From: Octopus sinensis
Taxonomy: Eukaryota
Length of the DNA: 64,000 nt
Direction of reading: 5' to 3'
Assembly (NCBI RefSeq): GCF_006345805.1
Contig: NC_042998.1
Coordinates: 193,006,001-193,070,000, forward strand
Positions 11,819-24,063 of the stretch are shown piece after piece; the stretch's first letter is position 1; the number at the start of each line of letters is the position of its first letter. The notes beneath the pieces are model-generated. The model did no database searches and had not been told where the DNA came from. It saw nothing but the letters and a program-made list of their open reading frames with translations. The translations under genes and the position numbers were made by a program.

Positions 11819-11867
11819 AGTCTTGTATCACCTGTGATTTCGTACTTACGTACTCATCAGCAAGACT
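11819..11867 (-). ncRNA. Canonical minimal type-I hammerhead ribozyme
   Basis: Minus strand reads AGUCUUG-CUGAUGA-GUAC-GUAA-GUAC-GAAA-UCAC-AG-GUGA-U-A-CAAGACU: perfect 7-bp helix I, intact core, 4-bp helix II with GNRA loop, helix III, AUA cleavage triplet. Confidence 0.85.
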
Positions 11868-12176
11868 GGTTCTGAACGCATCATAATAAACGACCTGTCT
11901 CGTCGAAGCCAAACAGCTAACTATATAAACAATCAAATTTGATGTGATAACAGTTGTTTGCTTGTCCATACCTTTATTCAATTAGGTATATATATAAGCC
12001 ATGCTAGCATGGAAAGCGGACATTAAATGATGATGATGATATATATATATTGATAAAAACGGTAAGACAACAAAAGAAAGAAATAGACCTCGATATTATG
12101 TAACTAGAGGAATTTATCTGTAAATGTAATTTGTGACCGAATAATTGTCACATAATACATTTACAGATATATATAT

Positions 12177-12206
<30 letters not shown>

Positions 12207-12207
<1 letters not shown>

Positions 12208-12532
12208 GATAGCCGTCCACTCGTGACCGAGGAGGACCATTGCCGACCTTCAGGAACATTGTGCGCTCTAGGACTAGCTTATATTTTGCATTTGCAGCTC
12301 CGTTGGTGGCTAATGAGCCCTGCTCTTGACAAGCACACACAACTGCAAACATTGCAGACCAAGCTTTCCCCATTCACTATACGAGCCGTGCGCTTTCGCG
12401 CAGCTCGCTTAAGTTCTTCATGCTGGATACGTGCTCTCTCAAAAGTGTCAATCCCCTCCTTAACCTGCTACCTCCATCTGTGGCGATGACAGGCATTGTC
12501 TCCCAGTCAGTGTCCTGCATATCAAAGGCCTT
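12207..12532 (-). mobile_element. RTE-clade LINE 3' fragment
   Basis: Minus translation [14 protein letters not shown]...RLRRGL resembles an RTE ORF C-terminus (I..d.WE.lA.DR..WR); flanked by (TA)n. Confidence 0.65.
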
Positions 12533-12536
12533 TGTG

Positions 12537-12570
<34 letters not shown>

Positions 12571-12789
12571 ATATATCTGTGTATATATATATATATATAT
12601 CTGTGTATATATATATATATCTGTGTATATATATATATATATCTGTGTATATATATATATAATATATATATATATATCTGTGTGTGTATATAATATATAT
12701 ATATATATCTGTTGTATATATATATATATATATCTGTGTGTATATATATATATATATATTATATCTGTGTATATATATATATATATATC

Positions 12790-12865
<76 letters not shown>

Positions 12866-12949
12866 TATATATCGTTGGTAAATAAAAAATCTGAAAAAGA
12901 AGCACACTCTAACCAAGAACTTGTAGATTTTCTAGTGAGGCCATAGGCC

Positions 12950-13011
12950 TGGGGTCTGAAGAAATCTGTAAAGCTAAGCACTTTGTGGATGTGAATCCGA
13001 GGGTAACCCCA
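12950..13011 (+). ncRNA. Degenerate hammerhead-like motif with long helix II
   Basis: UGGGGU-CUGAAGA-(AUCUGUAAAG..CUUUGUGGAU)-gUGAA-UCCGAGGG-U-A-ACCCCA: 6-bp helix I; GAAA is imperfect. Confidence 0.5.
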
Positions 13012-13102
13012 AAGACTGACCACATCTACCTTTATCTATATATGTATGTATGTATGTATGTACACATATAATTTATGTATTCACATATGTGTGGATATGT
13101 AC

Positions 13103-13133
<31 letters not shown>

Positions 13134-13139
13134 CACACA

Positions 13140-13440
13140 TCATCATCATCATTTAGCATCCCCGTTCAACTGGGGTCTGGGAAACCAGAAGGCTGCACCA
13201 GGCCCAGTCTGATCTGGCAATGTTTCTACGATTGGATGCCCTTCCTAATGCCAACCACTCCGTGAGTGTAGTGGGTGCTTTTTATGTGCGACCAGCACAG
13301 GTGCCAGACGGGGCTGGCAAACGGCCATGGTTGGATGGTGCTTTTTATGTTCCACTGGCACGGGGGCCAGGCGAGGCTGGCAACGGCCACGATCGGATGC
13401 TGCTTTTTATGTGCCACCGGCACTGGTATCACAGCTACAA
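13140..13440 (-). mobile_element. Family-D retroposon copy
   Basis: Reverse complement of the 2211-2635 body with (CAT)n. Confidence 0.75.
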
Positions 13441-13890
13441 TTTATATATATATATATGTGATATTAGTTTGTTACACATCATATACACAGGTTAATACAC
13501 TTTCACTGTCATGGGTTATATCAGGAATATGGTATACATACAATAATTATAGTTTAACTTTTCTCCCAATTTCTCAGTGCATATACAAAATGAGGAACAG
13601 AATATTAGTTTTCAAAAGGAATACATTGCTTACCTCCAGATATTAATATGTAAAAGAGAATTCTAATTTGTACTGTTCTTCTCATTAGAGCTTTGGCTCT
13701 TCTCTCAATATCTGTCTTTATGATTCTTTTTCTCTGACTTATTATGAGTGTATAGCATTCGTTTAACTCATTGAGTGCCACCAAGCCTAGCATGTGCACT
13801 CATCCTGCACCTATCATGCTTACTCTCTATCTCTTACCCTCTATCAATAAAGCATGACTGGAGAATTAAACTACAAGCCAGCTATTATTT

Positions 13891-13923
<33 letters not shown>

Positions 13924-13994
13924 CTAACTATACACGTGCATACACACACACACACACAGACAGACAGACAGATAGATAGATAGATAGATAGATA

Positions 13995-14560
13995 TGCTCA
14001 GCACTTCCTCATGAATTGCCTGAGAAAGCTGTTGAAAATCACCTGGCAAGACTAGGTCTCAGATTCAGAGGTCCTCCTTTGAGCTGATCCGCCAAGCATT
14101 TACACACTGCTGAGGAGAGTGCAAGTCAGGTGGGATGGTCACCTTGTTCCAATGTCTGACACATGACTCCCCAAGGGACTGTTTTACAGCGAACTGGTGG
14201 GAGGTAAGTACGTGCAACATGGACAGAAAAAGTGCATTAAAGATGCACTCAAAACCTTGCTGAGAAGCTTTGAAATCAATCCCAGCACCTGGGAAACACC
14301 TATGCAAGGCTGTGCTGCTTGGCAAAGCTGCATTAAAAGAGGTGCCACCTTTTACAAACAGAACCGAATCGCAAGGACACGAGGGAAATGTGAACTGCAC
14401 AAGCACAGAGCCAACTCCTTGCCTTCGTTCCCAGCAGACCACCAATGACCAACCTGCGGCAAAATCCTTCTGAGCACACATTGGACTAGTCAGCCACAGC
14501 CCCAGACACAATATGCCCCATCTTCTCCGTTTGACATTCTTAGTCATTATCAACAACGAC
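13995..14560 (+). mobile_element. RTE (BovB-like) LINE 3' fragment, decayed
   Basis: Translations LRKLLKITWQD, PKGLFYSELVGG, QKKCIKDALK..L.SFEINPSTWE and a trailing Cys/His motif match an RTE ORF C-terminus; interrupted by stops and frameshifts. Confidence 0.8.
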
Positions 14561-14607
14561 ATAAACTAATAATAATATGCAAAAATATGTACATTATATA
14601 TATATAT

Positions 14608-14830
14608 AGTTAGTTAATCCAGACATGGAAACACAAAGAGAAAACACAATAACGCGGGGACGTGGAATAAGTATAGTGTTATTGGACGCTAAGGAAAGAA
14701 AGAAAGAGGATTTAACGTTTTGAGTGGAGCTCTTCGTCAGAAACATGGGAAAAGGAAAGATCCAAGGAAGGGAAGACGGAGGAAAAAAAAGAAAATCGCC
14801 AATGGTACACACATGGTCATATTTTGAATG
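14608..14830 (-). mobile_element. PLE-like terminal fragment with degenerate hammerhead (14710-14744)
   Basis: Homologous to 54093-54228; minus strand GUUU-CUGACGA-A-GAGC-UCC-ACUC-AAAA-CG-U-U-AAAU; begins at (TA)n. Confidence 0.65.
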
Positions 14831-14882
14831 TATGTATATATATATATACATGCACACACACACACACACACAAATACATGTA

Positions 14883-14915
<33 letters not shown>

Positions 14916-15080
14916 GGATAGACAGATGTAAATATTTAAAAAGTGAGAAAGGTTGTATAAAAATAAATCCACAGTAATTAATAGCTCAAGTAATAATTGA
15001 TAAGTCATCAAATCCCTTATATTGCTATAACCTTGTAGTTAATACAGTGTGTTTATGTTTGGCTGTATGAGTATATATAT

Positions 15081-15114
<34 letters not shown>

Positions 15115-16699
15115 GTAGATACATATTATCATGATCATTTTGCTTCCTCCTTTTATGCTAGTATGGACGTTTTGACAGAATCTTTCTGCCTGGAGGCTAC
15201 ATTCTTCTTCAGTATCAGCCTGGGTTTTACAGTTCAGTGCTTTCTCTAATGCTAGCCATTTTATAGAGGTTATTTGCAAGGTTAAAGTGCTCCTTGTTAG
15301 ACAGGTAGGATAGGTGGTAGAGTGGTCATTTTAAGCAGCTGAGAAGTTCACAGTTTTGGAGAAGGTTCATGGTTACATCATATTTTATATGGGTGGATGG
15401 GAGGCTGAAGTGGAACCTACAGAGCGGTAAAGAGATAAATGTGATGATGTGGTGCCGGAGCATGATTACCATGGTAACATGTCCACGAGAATTATAGACG
15501 AGAGCATAGATATAAAAGAGTCATGGAACATGGTAGGTAAGGTTTTAAGAGTGTAGGAAGAGAATGTGAGATGATTGCAAGCATAGGGGGTAGTCAGCTG
15601 CATATAGAGGTGAATGCTGTGAATGATGAGTATTGTTGGAGAGGGAAGGGTTAAATATGAATGGGGATAAGAATAAGAAATGGATGATGAATGGAAGTAG
15701 TAGACAGGACAGAGAGTGGTGACTAGCAGTATGGAGATGGCATTATATGATATATAATAACAGATTCTGCTTTCATTTTGTACAGATGCAGAATGGTGCA
15801 GTAGATAGGAGAGTAATGAAAGGATAAGTAATAGGGTGATGTGGGTAAGGTCAATGGAATGTGACTTGGAGGAGGGAGATGAAGAAGCACAAGTTCTAGA
15901 ATTGACCTTTTCCATAGATTCCATCGAGTTTGATCCTGCACTTTTCTGAACAGATGTCATCTTCAACATACATGAAACATCCATACCACCAGCAGTCTTC
16001 TCTCCTCTATGCTACATATGAATCCTCTTTAAACTAGATTTTCTCTGTTTATTTTTTAGCCAAATGGTCACCATTTTTAGTAGTCCGTAAATGTGCCGGG
16101 TAGTTGAGCATGTGACACTTGGCTAAATTAAATCTTCTGGTACAGAAAGTTGGTTGGTTGGTCCAAAAGGAAGCAACATGGAGGTGATGGCGGCGCTAAT
16201 AGGATACGCAAAAATGCCTCCAAGAAGCCTACATTGTTTGTTTAGTCCACTGGCTCATCAAAAGAACTTGCTGAGCAGCCAGTGTTGACGTGGGTGAAAG
16301 AACTACATGCCGAGAGAGCTCTAAAGTGAAGGAAGGAAAACTTTCTAGTGAGAAATGGTGACTCTCAGGCTCTATATAAACATCAAACTGGAAGCAGAAG
16401 GAAATGATCCATTCTAACCAATTAAGAGTACAACATAAAAGGTGCAACCACACAAAGTCAATTGAGCCAACTTTGAAATGGAGAAATGTATATCTGCATG
16501 TAAGCCAATATCAAACACAGAGCTGCTATAATTTGTACTCTGTACTCTATGCACACTGGCATTACAAAGTTAGCAAATTCACCACCAGATCTTAGGATTT
16601 CCATGTCAATAGAGGTTTGCTCTCTGCTAAATACTTCTCCTGAAGTTGTTTACCTCAGAGGATGATTGATAGTACTTTTTGACACAAAACATCTTATCT

Positions 16700-18040
16700 A
16701 GTCCAGTTTTCTTTTCAATTGAGCTATAAGTCTGTCTCTCTGTAACTTCCTTGGTCCAACATTTTGTTAACTCTGTAATTTCCTATCTCCAGTGCTTCTC
16801 CATTGCTCTTCTTGTTGTTGATGATGATGCTGCTACACCAGCCTCTAGACACAATACCTTCAAAATACTGATTACATTGGCTGAGTATGTTGGTGACCAG
16901 CCTGTAGCCTTCTCTACCACTTATTTTAAGCATCTCGACTGTAATTCCTCCTCTTGCCTTTATATCCTTAATTGCTTTCTTATTCTTCAGATAACTTGGA
17001 TGTTTGGTCTCTTTATTGGGATGACTCTGGGAAGCCCTTTTTTCTGCCTTGTGGTTTCCTTATTCAACAGCCTTTCATATCAATATTTTTATGTCATGTA
17101 TAGCAAAGTAACCATTATTATTTTGCAAAAAAAAAAAAAAAAAGGACAAAAATTTTATCCAGTTCAAAAAGTACAGAAAAGCTATGAAAGCGAATCAAAA
17201 CTTTAGAGACACTTCTCTCCCATGACATTTCAATTCTCTGTAGTACTCTGCCTTGCAATATGAAATAAATCATGCCATAGAACATTGACAAACCTCTTCC
17301 ACTTCTTACCTACCTAAGTGCAATATCATCCAGTTTCTTTTCTCGCTACTTGATATAGTTCTCCACTGCTTCTTTTCTCCCGATGTCACCAGCTTATCAC
17401 TTCGCATTTGTGGCATTGTTTACCACCACCACCACATTACCTTTGTTCTGGTTAGAATTTTGCACCAGCCTTGTATTTAGACTGTAGCATACAGCATTTT
17501 GATTTTGTCACTCTCATCTAGCCTCTACATTATAAGTCTTCATCTTGTATTCCCTTTTGTTAAATTCTTTAACTAGAACTTCTCTGAATTTCTCCCTGTT
17601 TGATGCACCTTTAAGCTTCCATACCTTCCTTCTCAAAACTGGTTTCTATCACTGAGTCTGTGTAGCTCTTACGCAGGGGTCACTAACTACCAATCCCTTA
17701 AGAAGAATCTACTCTCCATCAGTCTATTCAATTTACTTGTGAAAATAAAGTCTAGTGGACTTGTATGCTCACCTGACTGGTACATAATGCAGATGCTAAC
17801 CGGCTCCCTAAAGTTAGCATCACAAATTGTCAAGTCATTATCCTCACAGACCTCCCAAAGTCTTGTTCTATTTCTTGAACCAGATCCATGACCTACATTC
17901 ACAGCATGGAACCACCAGGATGCTGTCCAGTATGTCTGTTGAATTCACCAGTCCAGATGATGAGGTCATTGTCTTTCATAATTGAGATTTGTCTACATAA
18001 GGGTCTCACTCTATAGCACAAATTGTGGAGCGTACATGGG
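16700..18040 (-). mobile_element. Decayed RTE-like LINE (APE endonuclease to RT region)
   Basis: Minus translations DLIIWTGEFNRHTG and GHGSGSRN..RLWEVCEDNDLTICDANF...TSPLDFIF resemble APE-endonuclease motifs (GDFN, G.G.RN, IDYI). Confidence 0.7.
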
Positions 18041-18369
18041 AGATGTTGCAGTATTCAAATCTAATATCTAGACTTGAAGTATTCGAGTCCAGTATCCAAG
18101 ACTAGTCTAGCCTTAATTATCATGTAATACATCTTGACTATGTCTATTCCTTTTTCTAAAGGTAACTCGACCATTTTGGTACTAATAAGATCCTAGTCGT
18201 GACCTCAACTTTGAATACATAACTAAAAGTTTTCACATGTGTCAGGTCCCTTTTATTTTTTTTTGTCTTGATTGTGCAACCATATTTGTATGTGTGCATA
18301 TATACATACACACAAACACACATATATATACATGCACACATATACATACATGTTATCTTACCGTTTTTA

Positions 18370-18374
<5 letters not shown>

Positions 18375-18417
<43 letters not shown>

Positions 18418-18460
18418 CATGCGCACATATACATACATATATATATATACATGCGCACAT

Positions 18461-18504
<44 letters not shown>

Positions 18505-18980
18505 GTGCACATATACATACATATATATATATACATGCGCACATATACATACATATATATATATATACATGCACACATATACATACATATATATATACAC
18601 ATGCGCATATATACATACATATATATATATATATATACATGCGCACATATACATACATATATATATATATATATACACATGTGCACATATACATGCATAT
18701 ATATATATACATGTGCACATATACATACATATATATATATATATACACATGCGCACATATACATACATATATATATATACATGTGCACATATACATACAT
18801 ATATATATATACATGCGCACATATACATACATATACATGCGCACATATACATACATATATATATATACATGCACACATATACATACATATATATATATAT
18901 ATATATACATGCGCACATATATATACATATATATACATGCGCACATATACATACATATATATACATGCGCACATATACAT
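18375..18980. repeat. Compound minisatellite (acatgcgcacatatacatac(at)n)
   Basis: About 18 imperfect units of variable (TA) length; source of six spurious ORFs. Confidence 0.95.
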
Positions 18981-19034
18981 ACCCTCTCTCTCTCTTTGGG
19001 AGAGGCACAAGCACCTACACGCACATGTACACAC

Positions 19035-19180
19035 ACGGCAGTAACTTCCGCCTGCCGAATTCAATCACAAAGCTCCGGTCAGCTCGAGGCTATAGTGGAA
19101 GACACCTACCCAGAGTGCCACGCAGTGGGACTGAACCCGAAACCATGTAGCTAGGAAACAAGCTCCCTAACCACACCGCC
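19035..19180 (-). mobile_element. SINE family A head fragment
   Basis: gtgccacgcagtgggactgaacccgaaaccatgt matches family A in reverse. Confidence 0.7.
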
Positions 19181-19959
19181 ATACATATATATATATATAT
19201 ATATATTATACATGCGCACATATACATACATATATATACATGCGCACATATACATACATACACACATATATATATATACATGCGCACGTATACACATATA
19301 TATATAATTTTTACATTTAGATATACAAGAATATGATAATTAATGTGCATGTGTATCTATTGATATCTCTGCTTATAACTGCTATTATGCTCTATCTTCT
19401 TTTTCATATTTAATTTGATTTTTTTGATATTTTCTATAATCATTTCCTGTACTCGCTGTGTGAGAATATTTACGATACAATATAGCATTGTCATTTGAGT
19501 GTATTCTTTTGGCATCTTTCATGCAAGTATTTATTTATCCATGTATGTATGTATTTTTCCCCCTGAACAATGGACAATATCCATGTATATTTCTTCATGT
19601 GCTTTCCCTGCAAATCAGCGGGCCTCAAAGTGGACTTCAAAAATGTTTTGTCTTCTAAAGTTATTTTTTCTTGAGATCCATTATTCTATTCCTTATTCTT
19701 CAGTATTGTTTCCAGAATTATATTTTTCATTTTAGAATGTTAATCTTAACATTTGGTGAGAATTTCTAATATGTGGATTGACATTCTGTTTATAATCGTG
19801 TGTGTATTTTAATGAAATATCTACATGCTATTAATGTATTCAACATATCTTTTGATTTTGTTAGATCCTTTTGGATAATGTTTGGATTAGAAAACCATAT
19901 TGTATTTCAATATTTCGAGTAACATATTGAATATAATCCTAACCCCAATTATTATTTAT

Positions 19960-20172
19960 TGGTTTCAAATTTGGCACAAGACCAGCAATTTCGGGAGAGG
20001 AGCTAAGTCGATTACATCGACCCCAGTGCCCGACTGGTATTTATTTTATTGACCCCAAAAAGGTGAAAGACAAAGTTGACCTTGGCAGAATTTGAACTCA
20101 GAATGTAAGGATAAACAAAATGCTTAATAGCATTTTGTTCAGCTTACTAACAATTGTGCCAGCTCACCACCT
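19960..20172 (-). mobile_element. SINE family B (Deu/Nin-domain-like), diverged copy
   Basis: gtcgattacatcgaccccagtg...gaatttgaactcagaatg...tgccagctcaccacc matches family B in reverse. Confidence 0.7.
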
Positions 20173-20859
20173 TCCAATTATTTTTTATTAACTCTGCTTC
20201 TGACACCTTAAACACACTCTTTCTTTTGCTAAATACCAGTTTAAAACTACTGCCATTTTGTCTATATTTGGGCTGTAGAATTTTGTAAAAAAAAAAAGAA
20301 AACAAAACAAAGTCAGGGTTTAAATAAGTTGAAATTATTATCTGTTGTATCATATAAGATTTGTCTTAAAATAGTAATAATGGTCACAGTGGAATAATTG
20401 TTTTAGAGTACTTTACTTGCAAAATATTTTTCTTAGATAAAACAATAATTATCTCACTTTGAATTTTAGATTTTAATCTGACAAGCAAGTGCCATGTTAT
20501 AGATTGTTGAAATGATTATTTATTTAATAAAAATATATAACTTTTTTAAAGATAAAATGAAACATTGCAAAATACAATGCCAAAATGCAAGGATATAAGC
20601 AAATGCATTTGAAGGGAACATTACAAGGATAAAGATAGTGGTGGGGTTTATGCAGACTTGTTTACAAATAAAACAGGCTTGGAGCACGAAAGGAATGAAA
20701 TGTGGCTTTATATGTGGACAACCAAGAAGAGTAAATTACGGAAACCACAAATGCAGGGTTACACTGACTATCAAGGGCAAACACCTTACCTCAGCTGTAG
20801 CTACAGAGCAAAAGCTCATTCACAAAGCATATTTTCAACCCTCAGTTACATTCAGTATA

Positions 20860-21377
20860 CAATAATCCCTCGCCATATCGCGGTTTATTATTTAAGCTTA
20901 CGCCGATTCCTCTGTGGTGTTTGGCATTTACAATAAAATGAATATATACAATTGTTATATTTCGGAATGGTCATTTTGCCAGTTTAGCCAATAAAAACAC
21001 GCGCACTATATATTTGGTGTTACTTTGGTTCAGTGTTATTTATTTTTTACATTAATATTAATCTTATGGCCGAAATAAGATTAAGATTAAGATTAATGTA
21101 AAAAATAAATAACAGTGAAGCAAAGTAACACCAAATATATAGTGCGTGTGTTTTTATTGGCTAAACTGGCAAAATGACCATTCCGAAATATAACAATATC
21201 TGTTTCAACACACGACTTCACATAAAAAATCTTGCACAACAAATATATAAACGTACAAATGTATACAAATTATAAAAATAACTATAAAATATATACAGTA
21301 CTGTTTCTACTTAGCAGATATTCACCAATCGCAGCGTGTTTTGGAACGTAGCACCTGCGATAGTCAAGGGATTACTG
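20860..21377. mobile_element. Tc1/mariner-superfamily (pogo/Tigger-like) MITE with a nested fold-back
   Basis: TA|caataatccctcgccatatcgcgg ... cctgcgatagtcaagggattactg|TA. Confidence 0.7.
20951..21197. repeat. Near-perfect fold-back, about 115-bp arms with 7-nt loop
   Basis: attgttatatttcggaatggtcattttgccag ... ctggcaaaatgaccattccgaaatataacaat; centre atcttat-ggccgaa-ataagat. Confidence 0.95.
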
Positions 21378-22301
21378 TATTGGAAACACATCTCTTTTAG
21401 CTTTACCTTCCTTTCTGAATGGAACCAGAAGTAGTTGTAAAAGATTTGGCTGTCTTTAGTTTTTTCAGTCTTGGTCACCATAGAATCTCTTTTGCTATGG
21501 GCACCAAACATAGGAAACGTGCTTGCACTTTTCAGAACTGTCGTAAGGTAACAGCTGTTCAGCATAATCCTACAAAGCAGGAATGCTTTTACAATGAACA
21601 AATATGTACGGAACAGCTTTATCGCCCTGCATGCAACAGGACAGACCCAGCAGGTGATACTGTTGTACCTATAGAATTTATCCTAAGCCGTCAATGTTCT
21701 CTAATAGCAGTGTTAAACCAATTATAAGAACTATAATAGAAAAAAAAACAAATGTATCTGGACTTAGAAAACTGGAAAAAATATAATACCTGTGAGATGT
21801 GTGAGACCTCTCTCTCTCTCTATCTATTTATCAATCTGTTTATCTCTCTTTCTTTCTTTTGTTTTATTAAAAGCTAGGAACATTAAACTAGTTCAAGAGA
21901 ATGATGTACATTAGAGCTTAGAGTACAAGTAGCAGAGTTGAGGAAAGTTATCACTCTTTATAAAGTTCTTGAAAGTTGAGGAAGATCTGCTGTCATTCTG
22001 TCTGAAGACCTGGCTATGTTGTGATAATCAATGTGTTCCTTTGTAATAACAACAACAATAATAATTGTTCTATTCTTAATATGTGATCCATCAAATAAAT
22101 AACTAAAGTAGAAATGTATCTAAAAATATGTCATTGGTAAAAATAATGGTGACTTAATAGTGTAATACTAAGCTTCCTGGGGAAGACAGATCTGTGTCAT
22201 TAAACCATCTTTGCTTTTAGATCTGCTTTTGATTAAAATATGAAAATAAGTATGTATTCACCAGTAGTTTTGTATAAAGCTTAGGAGAAGAAAGAAAAAA
22301 G

Positions 22302-22602
22302 TGGAGGCGCAATGGCCCAGTGGTTAGGGCAGTGAACTCGTAGTCTGAGGATCGCGGTTTCAATTCCCAGACCGGGCGTTGTGTGTGTTTATTGAGCGAA
22401 AACACCTAAAAGCTCCACGAGGCTCTGACAGGGGGTGGTGGTGACCCCTGTTGTACTCTTTCGCCACAACTTTCTCTCACTCTCTCTTCCTGTTTCTTGA
22501 GTAATGCTGCAATGGACTGGCGTCCCATCCAGCTGGGGGGAACACATATGCCACAGAAACTGGAAAACTGGGCCTATGAGCCTGGCTAGGCTTGAAAAGG
22601 GC
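22302..22602 (+). mobile_element. tRNA-derived SINE family C
   Basis: ggaggcgcaatggcccagtggttagggcag... A-box and ggtttcaattccc B-box; homologous to 35547. Confidence 0.8.
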
Positions 22603-22932
22603 AAAGAAAAAAAAATAAAGCTTAGGAGTCTGCTTGAAATTGTTATTCTCAACCTAAAGTGTTATGTGATAGTTTGCATTTCATTATGGACATTAGAATA
22701 AATATTCAAAACAGCCACATAACCTTCAGAGCAAGTGCATGACCATCAATGAGGAGGAAAGCCATCTGCCAATTTGTTTCAGCTATGGTGGCACACAAAT
22801 CATTGTCATTAGTGACTTGAAATATCTTGGGTCCTGTGTGTTCCAACAGTAAGAGAAATTTCTGGACATGCATGGTACAAGCCTGAAGTGTCTGTAACAA
22901 GTTTTAAAACATCTGGCAATCAACTGTTTTAA

Positions 22933-23141
22933 CCCTGTCATTACTGCATTTATTTTGAGATGCTCTGTGTTTCTTTCAATTAAATTTAAATATAACAAAG
23001 AATTTAATAAAATAACTTTGTTATCATTCAGTTAGGAATATAAATTGTGACTTAGGTTTGGTGGAAGATTTTAATTGAAATGTAAAGAAAACATGACATT
23101 TGTTCTCAGAGCCAGTTTCAGCAGGGTTGGTAATGAAAGGG
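22933..23141. mobile_element. piggyBac-like MITE
   Basis: TTAA|ccctgtcattac ... gtaatgaaaggg|TTAA. Confidence 0.75.
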
Positions 23142-23673
23142 TTAAAGTCAACAAAGCTGGCCTTCTTCAGGGTATGTGTAGAATATATTCTTTTTTCCAT
23201 AGCTGAGACCTGGTCTACGAAGGAGGAGTTTTGAGATTCCCTTGATGCTATAAACAGGATGAAAACCACTTAATGACATTGATATTATTAGTGGAAACAC
23301 ACATCATGAAAGTAAAGACTTTAAAAAGTTAATTGGGTTCTAAGATTCCTGGTATGGTGGGGGTGGGGGTGGTTGTAGTTATTTGAAGCAGAAATAGTAA
23401 ACTTCTGTAAAATATCATTTCATAAGTATTTTTAATACTGGAAATTTTTTTAAAGAAATTTCTACAATGTTATTTTAAAACAACATAGTCATAACCCACT
23501 ATTCAAAGCACAGTATAAATGGGAAAAGCATTTGGAGGCTGCTAAATAGTTTTTGCATCGTAGCTTTCTGAAACTCTGCATTAGAGATGTGAATTAACAT
23601 CAGAATTTATGGAAACTAGTTGCGATCTGTGTCCTTAAGTATTACTCGGTAAAATTCTCAAATTTTGTATGTA

Positions 23674-24063
23674 GGCGCAGGAGTGGCTGTGTAGTAAGTA
23701 GCTTGCTAACCAACCACATGGTTCCGGGTTCAGTCCCACTGTGTGGCATCTTGGGCAAGTGTCTTCTGCTATAGCCCCGGGCTGACCAATGCCTTGTGAG
23801 TGGATTTGGTAGACGGAAACTGAAAGAAGCCTGTCTGCCATATATATATATGTGAATGTGTGTGTGTTTGTCCCCCTAGCATTGCTTGACAACCGATGCT
23901 GGTGTGTTTACGTCCCCGTCACTTAGCGGTTCGGCAAAAGAGACCGATAGAATAAGTACTGGGCTTACAAAGAATAAGTCCCGGGGTCGATTTGCTCGAC
24001 TAAAGGCGGTGCTCCAGCATGGCCGCAGTCAAATGACTGAAACAAGTAAAAGAGTAAAAGAGA
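23674..24063 (+). mobile_element. SINE family A, full length
   Basis: ggcgcaggagtggctgtgtagtaag (A-box) ... gggttcagtccc (B-box) ... (gtaaaaga)n tail. Confidence 0.9.

Noticed and set aside
15300-16400. 172-aa minus ORF 15466-15984 as a gene
   Set aside because: Low-complexity S/L/I/H composition with no recognisable motif; probably a decayed LINE segment, but too eroded to call.
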